Translations under genes and position numbers: made by a program | Notes under the pieces: generated by a model | Told to the model about the DNA's origin: nothing | The model's input: the letters and a program-made list of their open reading frames with translations, nothing else | Databases searched by the model: none | Assembly: GCA_032128375.1 (NCBI GenBank) | Contig: JAQBGU010000039.1 | Location: 1 to 32,047 of the forward strand | From: Deltaproteobacteria bacterium | GTDB taxonomy: Bacteria; Myxococcota_A; UBA9160; SMWR01 | DNA length: 32,047 nt | Direction: 5' to 3' | Shown: positions 25,150 to 32,047 of the stretch, piece by piece | Numbering within the stretch: the stretch's first letter is position 1 | Layout: the number at the start of each line of letters is the position of its first letter

Positions 25150-27377
25150 CAGGACTCAGACCCGCGGAGCGACTCGAGCGTCGAGGCGACGACGGCGGCG
25201 CGGCCCGGGGTCGTGTAGCCGGGCAGACGCTGCAGGCTCGCCACGAAGGCCTTGTAGGCGTAGCGCTCGGCGAGCAACGCCGCCGCGCAGTCGGCTCGCA
25301 AGTGCGCGAGTTTCGGATCGAGATGAATCGCGCGCAGCGCCTCGACGTAGGCCTCGACGTCGTCGGCGGGATCCACGAGCCAGCCCGTCTCGCCCTGCTT
25401 GACCAGCTCGGCCACGCCACCGACACCCGACGCGACGAGGGGAAGACCCGCTGCAGCGGCCTCGAGCAGCACGTTTGGCATCCCGTCGAATGCCGATGTG
25501 TAGAGCAGTGCGTGGAAGTCCTCGATGGGCAGCGTCTCGAAGGACTGGAAGGCACCGCGCAGTTCGACGTTGGGTAGTTGCTCGAGTTGCCCGATCGCAG
25601 GATCGGCGTCGATCACAGAACATCCGAAGACGTGGAAGCGAATGTTCTGGTCGACACAGCGGGCCGCGACCGCGGCCAGCAGATCCACACGCTTTTGTCG
25701 ATCGAGCCGCCCCGCCCATAGGACTTCGAGCGGGCGCTCCGGGTCGGGCGTCGCGGCACGACGGACGGGAGCCGGGGCGGGCTGCGGGTGAAAGTGAAGG
25801 CGCGCTGGGTCGAGTCCGAACTCCGCCTCCAGCCGGTCGAGAATGCGCTGGTTGTCGGCCAGCACGCCGCGGAGCTCGGGATAGCAGCCGGGAAGATCCT
25901 CGAAGACGTAGCCGGCTTGGCGCCCGTCGGGGGCCTGGTGCTCACAGAAGACGGATGCGTAGAGCCGCGACCCGCTTCCCAGCGCCCGACCGTGCAGGGC
26001 AAAGAGCTCCCAACCGAGGGCGCTGTTCATGTTATGCACGACATCGGGCTGCATCTGGAGCAGAAGCCGGACGAGCAGCGCTCGCCGCTCCGCTGCTTCC
26101 AGGCCCTGTGCAGCCTCGGCGAAATCGACGAAGCGCACAGCGTCGTCGAGACGATCGCGCCAGGGCGAGTCCCTGCCGTCGGTTGCGATCACCACCACAC
26201 CCCGGGCGAGGTTCTCCCGCTGCAGGGCGTTGGCGTAGTGAAGTGTCTCGAGATCCGCGCCGCCCGTCGCGAGGTGGGGTACCAGGATCACGTGGCTCGC
26301 AGCGGGACCGAAGGCCCGAGCCAGCGCGAGGTAGCGCGCTCCGGCGTGGCCACGCACGGGTCGACGACGCGTCGCACGCGAAAGGGGTGAGAGTGCGCAG
26401 CCCGGCTCGACGACGCGAAGCTCTGCCCACTCTCGCTCGAGCCAGGCCGGCAATGCCTCGCGACGGGTCCGCGCAGCGCGTAGGGCGCGGATCCAAGGGC
26501 TGAGGGAGGCTTTCAGCAGGGGCAGCGCCCGCCTGCCGAGCCGTGTGCGGCCTGCCACCGCAGCGACGATCCGGCGTAGCCGCCAGCCCGGGCGCGTCAT
26601 CGCGCGCGGCCGTCGAGCGCGATTGCCAGAATTCTCGACCAGGCGGGCCAGCACATCGACATCGAAGAAGCGCGATGCAGGCGCCACGTCAGCCGACGCG
26701 ATGGAGTTGTTGAGCTGCGAGCCCCCGAGCTTCGAGCGCTTGAAGAGCACAGTCTCCGGCACCGTGATGTGGCGGTAACCGCGCCCAATCGTCTCGCAGT
26801 TCCAGTAGTGGTCCTCGTACCCGAAGCCCGAGCCCCGAGGGCCGCGCGCGTAGGGGACTTCGAGGTACACCTCGCGCCGGGCCATCGAGGTCGAGACCCA
26901 GTGATTCGTCTCGAGCAGGTCTTCGTAGCGGAAGTCCGGATCGGATTGGGAGAGCATGCGCCAGACGACATGCGTTGCACCGAAGGAGATCACGTATTCG
27001 GGATGCACGATCGTGTCGGGTCCCGCCCGCTCGAGGGCCCGCACCGCGGCAAGGAGCCACTCGCGGCTGATCAGATCATCACCGTCGAGGAAGGCGATCA
27101 AGTCGCCACGCGCGCTACGGACACCGTGGTTGCGCGCGCAGCCGGGGTCGCCTTCGTCCACGATCATCACAGCGTCAAAGGCCCCACTCCACCGCTCGAA
27201 GTAGGCGGCTGTCTCTTCGCACGGGCGGTCGAGCACTGCGCGCAGCTCGACGTGGTAGCCCGCGCCACGCGCGAATTCGACCGCGTTCCGCGCGTTGCGC
27301 ACGGTGCGGTGGACGAGCGTGCCCTCGCGATGAGCGTTGAGGATCAGCGTGAGGTCCAGCACGGTTTCAGTGCGCAC
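25149..27377 (-). CDS. Bifunctional glycosyltransferase: N-terminal GT2 (GT-A) plus C-terminal GT4-like (GT-B)
   Basis: ARNHGVRSARGDLIAFLDGDD (GT2); GGAD, WAGRLDRQKR, DGMPNVLLEAAAAGLPLVASGVGGVAE (GT4); GTG at 27377 with GAGG RBS. Confidence 0.88.
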   Translation of the reverse strand: MRTETVLDLTLILNAHREGTLVHRTVRNARNAVEFARGAGYHVELRAVLDRPCEETAAYFERWSGAFDAVMIVDEGDPGCARNHGVRSARGDLIAFLDGDDLISREWLLAAVRALERAGPDTIVHPEYVISFGATHVVWRMLSQSDPDFRYEDLLETNHWVSTSMARREVYLEVPYARGPRGSGFGYEDHYWNCETIGRGYRHITVPETVLFKRSKLGGSQLNNSIASADVAPASRFFDVDVLARLVENSGNRARRPRAMTRPGWRLRRIVAAVAGRTRLGRRALPLLKASLSPWIRALRAARTRREALPAWLEREWAELRVVEPGCALSPLSRATRRRPVRGHAGARYLALARAFGPAASHVILVPHLATGGADLETLHYANALQRENLARGVVVIATDGRDSPWRDRLDDAVRFVDFAEAAQGLEAAERRALLVRLLLQMQPDVVHNMNSALGWELFALHGRALGSGSRLYASVFCEHQAPDGRQAGYVFEDLPGCYPELRGVLADNQRILDRLEAEFGLDPARLHFHPQPAPAPVRRAATPDPERPLEVLWAGRLDRQKRVDLLAAVAARCVDQNIRFHVFGCSVIDADPAIGQLEQLPNVELRGAFQSFETLPIEDFHALLYTSAFDGMPNVLLEAAAAGLPLVASGVGGVAELVKQGETGWLVDPADDVEAYVEALRAIHLDPKLAHLRADCAAALLAERYAYKAFVASLQRLPGYTTPGRAAVVASTLESLRGSES

Positions 27378-28671
27378 GACGTGCCTCGAGCCACTGACGC
27401 ACCCAGAGCAACTGTTGCAGCGGGGGAATGCCCGCCAACCGCTGGTAGCGGCGGCGCCAATCACGGGCCTCCGCCTCGAAGCGCGCCCGGGCCGCTTCCA
27501 CCTCCGGCATCTGCTTTGACAGGTGCTCCAGATCTGCGACGCGCTGCTGCAGGCGGGTGAGATCGCTCTCGCGCAGCGCCGAGGCCTCGGGGAACAGAGC
27601 GGCGAGATCATGGGATGAGTCCGGCGGGGCACCGCCTGCGTCTTGTGGTGCCAAGATGCGAGCTGGAAATCGCAACTCCGTACCGCTGCTCCGCGAGATC
27701 TCGACCGCTGTACACATCGCCTCGACGAGCTCACACATTCGGTCTGCTGCGGGTGAGCGACACTCGAGCGCGTCGTGCAGGATCGTGTCCTGGTAGAGCC
27801 GCCGAGGGGCCGGCGGGTTCACGAGCTCCGGCAGGACTGCCTCCAGATGCCGCGGCGCCGTGATCGACCAGGCCGCAGGGACGTAAGCGGGGGAGTTGGT
27901 GTAGTCGAGCAGCGCGAGCGGGAGGCCATGTAACATCGCCTCCAGCTGAAGTGAGGAGGGCGTGGTCACGACGGCGTCCACACTCTCGAGGACCCCGGCA
28001 AGGGGTCGACTCGCAGCGAGCTTTCCTGCATTGGGGAGTCCGAGCGATGCTTCGATCTCGCCGGTGAGTCGCCAGACGAGCTCGATGGGCTGGTCGCCGC
28101 TGCGCGGATGCAGGCGGTGCCAGTAGCGGAGATCGGCGAGCGAGCGCCGCACGAGCGAGCGCTGACGCTCCGTGAAGCCCGGCGTTCTCGCAGTGGCGAC
28201 CAGGATCCGAAAGGGATCGCCCTTGGGCCGCACACGGGGGCGCCGTCCCTGCAGCGCGTCGAGGCAGGGAAGTCCCACCAGCTCGCAGCGTCCGATATTT
28301 CCCCAGGCCTCGAGAGTCCGAATCTGACTGCGACCCAGGCAGGCCATCTTGTGACCGAGGACCGGCTGGAAGAGTGCGCCGGGCGGAAGCGCTGGGTGAT
28401 CCCAGGTGTTGCGGTACTCGAGAATCCCGTCGGCCAGGATCAGGACTGCGACCCGGCCTTCTTGTTGAAGGCGGCGGAGTAGCTGACGATCGCGCACCTG
28501 GTAGTGGTTGCAGGTGACGACGAGTGCAGCCGTGTCAGGCGGCGACCAGTCCTCATCGTATTGCTCTACGACCTCGACCGGGGTCGATAACGAATCGAGC
28601 CACGGCGACACGAGACTCTGCCGCGTGCCCGGATGCAGGAGTACACACACTCGGGGCCTCTGCTCGCTCAT
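27367..28671 (-). CDS. Hypothetical protein, possible GT-B-fold transferase with C-terminal coiled coil
   Basis: Overlaps its neighbours in the operon; ELVGLPCLD, ILVAT, DAVVTTPSSLQLEAMLHGLP resemble GT-B C-lobe motifs; C-terminus LQQRVADLEHL..EAARARFEAEARDWRRRYQRL. Confidence 0.75.
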   Translation of the reverse strand: MSEQRPRVCVLLHPGTRQSLVSPWLDSLSTPVEVVEQYDEDWSPPDTAALVVTCNHYQVRDRQLLRRLQQEGRVAVLILADGILEYRNTWDHPALPPGALFQPVLGHKMACLGRSQIRTLEAWGNIGRCELVGLPCLDALQGRRPRVRPKGDPFRILVATARTPGFTERQRSLVRRSLADLRYWHRLHPRSGDQPIELVWRLTGEIEASLGLPNAGKLAASRPLAGVLESVDAVVTTPSSLQLEAMLHGLPLALLDYTNSPAYVPAAWSITAPRHLEAVLPELVNPPAPRRLYQDTILHDALECRSPAADRMCELVEAMCTAVEISRSSGTELRFPARILAPQDAGGAPPDSSHDLAALFPEASALRESDLTRLQQRVADLEHLSKQMPEVEAARARFEAEARDWRRRYQRLAGIPPLQQLLWVRQWLEARRAH

Positions 28672-29396
28672 CGCTCTACCTTTGCAGCCACCAAAACGAT
28701 GCTCTCGGCCAAGCCAGCATCTCGCTCGCCTGGCGCGACAGCCAGGGCCCGCGACCCTGGATTGCCTCCCGGGCTGGCGTCGAGGTGGATTTCCCAGGTT
28801 TCCTTAACTTCGAAGTGCTCGGCCACCACGCACTCGAACTCGAATGGCGTCCAGGTGTGCAGGTGATGATCGGTCAGGCCCGTGTCATTGGGAGCCGACA
28901 CTACTACGTGTCCATCGGGGGCGAGCACGCGGTCGAATTCGGCGAGCGCACGGTGTGGATCCGGGATGTGCTCGAGGGTCTCGAGGCTGACGATGAGATC
29001 CCGCGACCCTTCCCCCAGTGGCGTTCTCTCGGCGGATGCAACTTCGAAGCGCAGGCTGCGGTGCCCGTAGCGGCGCCGGGCGTAGCGCACTGCCATCGGG
29101 CTGAGGTCGAAGCCTGCCCCCTCGGCGGCTCCTGCAGCGCTGAGAATCGAGGAGCCGTAGCCCGTTCCAGAGGCGACATCCGCCACGCGGCGACCTGCAG
29201 CCCATCTCGCGGCGAGCTGGTAGCGAAACACGTGCAGTTGCTGCCGTGCGGGGTCGAAAAGTCCCGATGGATCGAGCGCATCCATCCGCTCGGAAGCATT
29301 GAGACGCATCCAGGTGCGCCAGAGCAGCTCCGACGGATGCCACGCAGCCGTGCGATGCCGCATGGCTCGCGCCTCCTGCAGCGCTTCCTCCAGCAT
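28668..29396 (-). CDS. Class I SAM-dependent methyltransferase
   Basis: HVFRY, VADVASGTGYGS, DLIVSLETLEHI, RVLAPDGHVVVSAPN; ATGA overlap with the next gene. Confidence 0.9.
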   Translation of the reverse strand: MLEEALQEARAMRHRTAAWHPSELLWRTWMRLNASERMDALDPSGLFDPARQQLHVFRYQLAARWAAGRRVADVASGTGYGSSILSAAGAAEGAGFDLSPMAVRYARRRYGHRSLRFEVASAERTPLGEGSRDLIVSLETLEHIPDPHRALAEFDRVLAPDGHVVVSAPNDTGLTDHHLHTWTPFEFECVVAEHFEVKETWEIHLDASPGGNPGSRALAVAPGERDAGLAESIVLVAAKVER

Positions 29397-29556
29397 CCGT
29401 GTTCCGCCCCCTTGATCCGCAGAGGATCCCCCAGGGCAGCATCGGCCCCGCTACCGGTCCCCTTGAGCGAGGAATTCACCAGCAGGAAAAGGCACTCACG
29501 TCGTCTACCTTCACACGGCTCAAGGTCCCACTGAAGCGCACCGATCGACTGGGAGG

Positions 29557-30489
29557 ATGAGCAGAGAACCGGATCCCGCAGTCGTTTGCGCTGCAGACAG
29601 CCACTACGCCATGCCGCTGGCGGTGATGATACGGTCGGCGCTCGACCACCTCGCTGAAGGTAGGAGCTTCGATGCTTACGTGATCGACGGCGGTCTCCGC
29701 CGATGGCAGAAAGAGAAGGTACTCGCGTCACTCGACCCGGGCCGGGTTCGCGTCCACTGGGTCCTGCCGGACCGGCGACTGTTCCGGAAGGCTCCCGTCA
29801 GTCCGGGCCACATCAGCGAGGCGACCTACTACCGCATCCTTGCCGCCGACCTGCTTCCGCCGGAACTCTCGCGGGTCATCTATCTCGACTCGGACCTCGT
29901 CGTGCGCGAGGACCTTGGACGCCTGTTTGAAACCGACCTCGCGGGCCACCCGTTGGCGGCAGCGATCGACACCACGGTGAAGACAATCTCCGGGTCGTTT
30001 GGCCTGCACAATTACCGCGAGCTGGGTCTTCCGATCGGTCTCCCCTACTTCAACGCGGGCGTCCTCGTACTCGACCTCGCGCGCTGGCGGCGGGACGGAA
30101 TTGCGGATCGCGCGCTCACGCACCTCGCGGAGCATCGCCATCAGCTGCGCCTCTGGGATCAGGACGTCCTCAATGCCGTACTGGCGGGCGACTTCCGCGA
30201 ACTCGATCCGCGCTGGAACGCACAGCCAAGGATCGTCACCACCGACGCGCCGGACCGCGTAACCGCAACCCCCGAAGCGCCCTGGATCGTCCACTTCGCG
30301 TCGCCTTCGAAGCCCTGGAAATTCGAGTGCTCCCATCCGCTGCGCGCACTCTTCTTCGAGTCCCTCGATCGCACCGCCTGGGCGGGCTGGCGACCCCGTC
30401 GAACGCTGCGACACACCCGAGCGGGCCGCATCGCGACGCGCGTGCAGCGCAGATTGCAGGACCGCATTGCGAAAGCCATCCGGCGTTAG
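29557..30489 (+). CDS. Glycosyltransferase family 8
   Basis: ADSHYAMPL, TYYRIL, YLDSD (DxD), YFNAGVLVLDL, DQDVLN, IVHF..KPW. Confidence 0.93.
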   Translation: MSREPDPAVVCAADSHYAMPLAVMIRSALDHLAEGRSFDAYVIDGGLRRWQKEKVLASLDPGRVRVHWVLPDRRLFRKAPVSPGHISEATYYRILAADLLPPELSRVIYLDSDLVVREDLGRLFETDLAGHPLAAAIDTTVKTISGSFGLHNYRELGLPIGLPYFNAGVLVLDLARWRRDGIADRALTHLAEHRHQLRLWDQDVLNAVLAGDFRELDPRWNAQPRIVTTDAPDRVTATPEAPWIVHFASPSKPWKFECSHPLRALFFESLDRTAWAGWRPRRTLRHTRAGRIATRVQRRLQDRIAKAIRR

Positions 30490-30493
30490 CGCT

Positions 30494-30592
30494 CACCAGC
30501 TCCCAGCGGCGCTCGCCGCGCTGCTGTGTGGGGCCCGACGAGCCCATCCGCAGTGGGGGCCCAAAAAGCTACTCCAGTACCTCGCACCACGG
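30494..30592 (+). mobile_element. Internal fragment of an IS481-like transposase
   Basis: HQLPAALAALLCGARRAHPQWGPKKLLQYLAPR matches the R..HP.WGP(K/R)KL segment of IS481-family transposases; no start, catalytic domain or terminal repeats. Confidence 0.6.
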
Positions 30593-30654
30593 CCCGAACC
30601 CGAAAAGCCTACTCCGATCGGCCCATGCGCGCATTTTCGGTTAGGGTGCTCGTG

Positions 30655-31344
30655 ATGCCTTCGCTGATCGAGATCCAGCTCGACGTGTTGCTCGCACGGG
30701 ATACACACGGACGGCTCACGGCTACACGCGACCCCGCCCCACGGCCGGCCCCGCGTTTGTTCCTGGGTCGATCCGGCAAGGTCAACGCTTGGGCCGTGCG
30801 ACAAGATGTCGACCAGGCGACGATGGCCGAACTCGATCGCCATTGCCGCGCCGAACCGAAGATCGAAACACCAGAAGCCGGATTGCGCCCCGCGTGTCGC
30901 GAACTCGCAGTCGAGCTACTCGCGCCCATCGAATTCGAGTATCGCGGCCCCGCCTTCGCGCTGCCCGACGAACTCCCGTATGACGACCGCGCGCGCGAAG
31001 TCGCTGCTGTGGGAAGCGCAGAGTGGCTCGAAGCATTCCCCTGGCTGGCGGATCAATTCGACGCTCTGTCACCTGTGGTCATCGCGTTCGAGGCCGGGCA
31101 AGCCGCTGCGGTCTGCCACTCCCCGCGAGGCAGCACGGCTCTTGCAGCCGAGGCCGGCGTCGAGACACTCGAACCTTTCCGGGGCCGCGGCCTCGCGACT
31201 GCGGCCGTCGCATGCTGGGCGCGCGCGGTTCAGCGCACGGGCCGCCTTGCCCTGTACAGCACCTCGTGGGAGAACAAGGCTTCGCAAGCAATCGCACGCC
31301 GTCTCTCGGCGCGGCTCTACGGCGAGGACTGGCACCTCACATGA
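30655..31344 (+). CDS. GNAT family N-acetyltransferase
   Basis: AEAGVETLEPFRGRGLATAAVACWA, LYSTSWENKASQAIARRL; GTGATG start just after GTTAGGG (30640). Confidence 0.9.
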   Translation: MPSLIEIQLDVLLARDTHGRLTATRDPAPRPAPRLFLGRSGKVNAWAVRQDVDQATMAELDRHCRAEPKIETPEAGLRPACRELAVELLAPIEFEYRGPAFALPDELPYDDRAREVAAVGSAEWLEAFPWLADQFDALSPVVIAFEAGQAAAVCHSPRGSTALAAEAGVETLEPFRGRGLATAAVACWARAVQRTGRLALYSTSWENKASQAIARRLSARLYGEDWHLT

Positions 31345-31354
31345 TCGCGGCGAT

Positions 31355-31396
31355 GCCCCAATAGATCGCGCATACCGGCGGCCGCTTCGGCCTCCG
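31355..31396 (+). other. Left half of a degenerate attC-like site after the GNAT stop
   Basis: GCCCCAAT (near-complement of the gene's upstream GTTAGGGT) 10 nt after the TGA, followed by hairpin CGGCGGCCG-CTT-CGGCCTCCG; no right-hand core site. Confidence 0.35.
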
Positions 31397-31402
31397 CGCC
31401 AC

Positions 31403-31501
31403 CCCGTGCTGCGGTCTCTTCTTACAAATGCTGGTGTCGGTGGAGTCGAAGTCAAATGCGTCTCGGGCGGGGCCCGTTTCCCCTCCATTCGCTCGTTGAT
31501 G
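31403..31501 (+). pseudogene. Internal fragment of a SAM-methyltransferase-like gene
   Basis: PVLRSLLTNAGVGGVEVKCVSGGARFPSIRSLM resembles the L..L..AG..VE.....ARFPS region of UbiE-like methyltransferases. Confidence 0.4.
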
Positions 31502-31542
31502 CAGGAAACCAAGACCATCGCGTACTCAGACGGCGTCACAGA

Positions 31543-31715
31543 CCAGATATATCCCATTTCGATTGCAGCATGGCTTGGACGAAAATTCAAGCAAGTTCCC
31601 ATTCCAGCGACACCGCCGCTGGATCTGTCTCGAAACGCAATGATTTCACGACCCGGAAGCGTCGCCATTTCAACGATCCATTCCCGAAATTCAGCCACTC
31701 CATTTCAACCTTCAT
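31543..31715 (-). pseudogene. Internally deleted and truncated RimJ/RimL-type GNAT gene
   Basis: GGAGG RBS plus ATG (31715) MKVEM, out of frame with AEFREWIVEMATLPGREIIAFRDRSSGGVAGMGTCLNFRPSHAAIEMGYIW, which is typical of RimJ/RimL GNATs; the C-terminus is lost. Confidence 0.6.
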
Positions 31716-31734
31716 AGTCGGACCTCCACTCTTG

Positions 31735-31804
31735 ACGCAACGCTCCGGTTCAGCCACGGCATGCAGCGCTTTGCGTTGCAACGGATTGCAACCGATTGTT
31801 GGGT
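31735..31804 (-). other. Integron attC site (70 bp, slightly degenerate)
   Basis: On the - strand: R'' ACCCAAC, 5 nt AATCG, L'' GTTGCAAT, central hairpin TGCAACGC-AAA-GCGCTGCA, L' GCTGAAC, 6 nt CGGAGC, R' GTTGCGT, followed by RBS and ATG. Confidence 0.75.
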
Positions 31805-32047
31805 GGCCGCCTCGCAAGCACGCGCAGTATTTGAGCCCTCACGCCCTCACGGTGGTGCCGCTTGGCTCGCGTGAACACGGGCGGCAAATGTTCAGTCGTG
31901 CGGACCGACGGAGATGCCGACCCCCCAGAAGTTACGCCGTGCCGCCGACTTAGGGCCCACTCAAGAATTAACGCCTGATTCCCAGCATACTCCTCCGATA
32001 TTCCTGCGTCTATCTGGCGTGACCGTTGAGGGTGTGAAGGCAGCGAA

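Noticed and set aside
27378..27734. 861-aa extended glycosyltransferase
   Set aside because: The extension overlaps the upstream gene in another frame and is Arg/Ser/Cys-rich noise.
29447..29458. ops/JUMPstart-like ACCGGTAGCGGG upstream of the glycan operon (- strand)
   Set aside because: Three mismatches to GGCGGTAGnnTG and no JUMPstart hairpin; too weak.
31751..32047. Open - strand frame entering from the window edge and reading into the attC (..RRPPNNRLQ..)
   Set aside because: No start in the window and no recognisable family; it may be a cassette 3' end but cannot be supported as a CDS.

Overview
GC-rich bacterial window; the gene style suggests an environmental Myxococcota/Deltaproteobacteria-like genome, which is inference only. 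Four zones. (1) 0.6-5 kb: surface-glycan initiation genes (GT4, SAM methyltransferase, WcaJ/WbaP-type phosphoglycosyl transferase, WecB/TagA/CpsF GT), preceded by a short remnant resembling the N-terminus of a TOTE-type primase-helicase. (2) 5.1-12.6 kb, + strand: an uncharacterised exported protein coupled to a helical-repeat/alkaline-phosphatase-superfamily protein, an acyl-CoA carboxyltransferase and a PHP-like (DUF3604/CehA-McbA-like) lipoprotein. (3) 12.7-21.6 kb and 30.5-32 kb: small accessory genes (DUF2164, 2 VOC, several GNATs, phosphotransferase, epimerase, Rieske oxygenase plus TetR, DUF6940) interleaved with truncated or internally deleted gene fragments. This zone has one well-formed but slightly mutated integron attC site (31735-31804) and several attC-like remnants, consistent with an eroded cassette array; no integrase is visible. 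(4) 22.1-30.5 kb: an ABC-transporter-dependent (Wzm/Wzt with C-terminal carbohydrate-binding domain) glycan operon with a sulfotransferase, methyltransferase, GT2-GT4 fusion, an unknown GT-B-like/coiled-coil protein and a divergent GT8. The ~10 kb block containing this operon lies between two direct copies (one decayed) of the same GNAT gene start, and the operon is bordered by kinase, cNMP-domain and IS481 scars. No rRNA, tRNA or CRISPR array was seen. All family calls come from motif recognition by eye; no searches were run.
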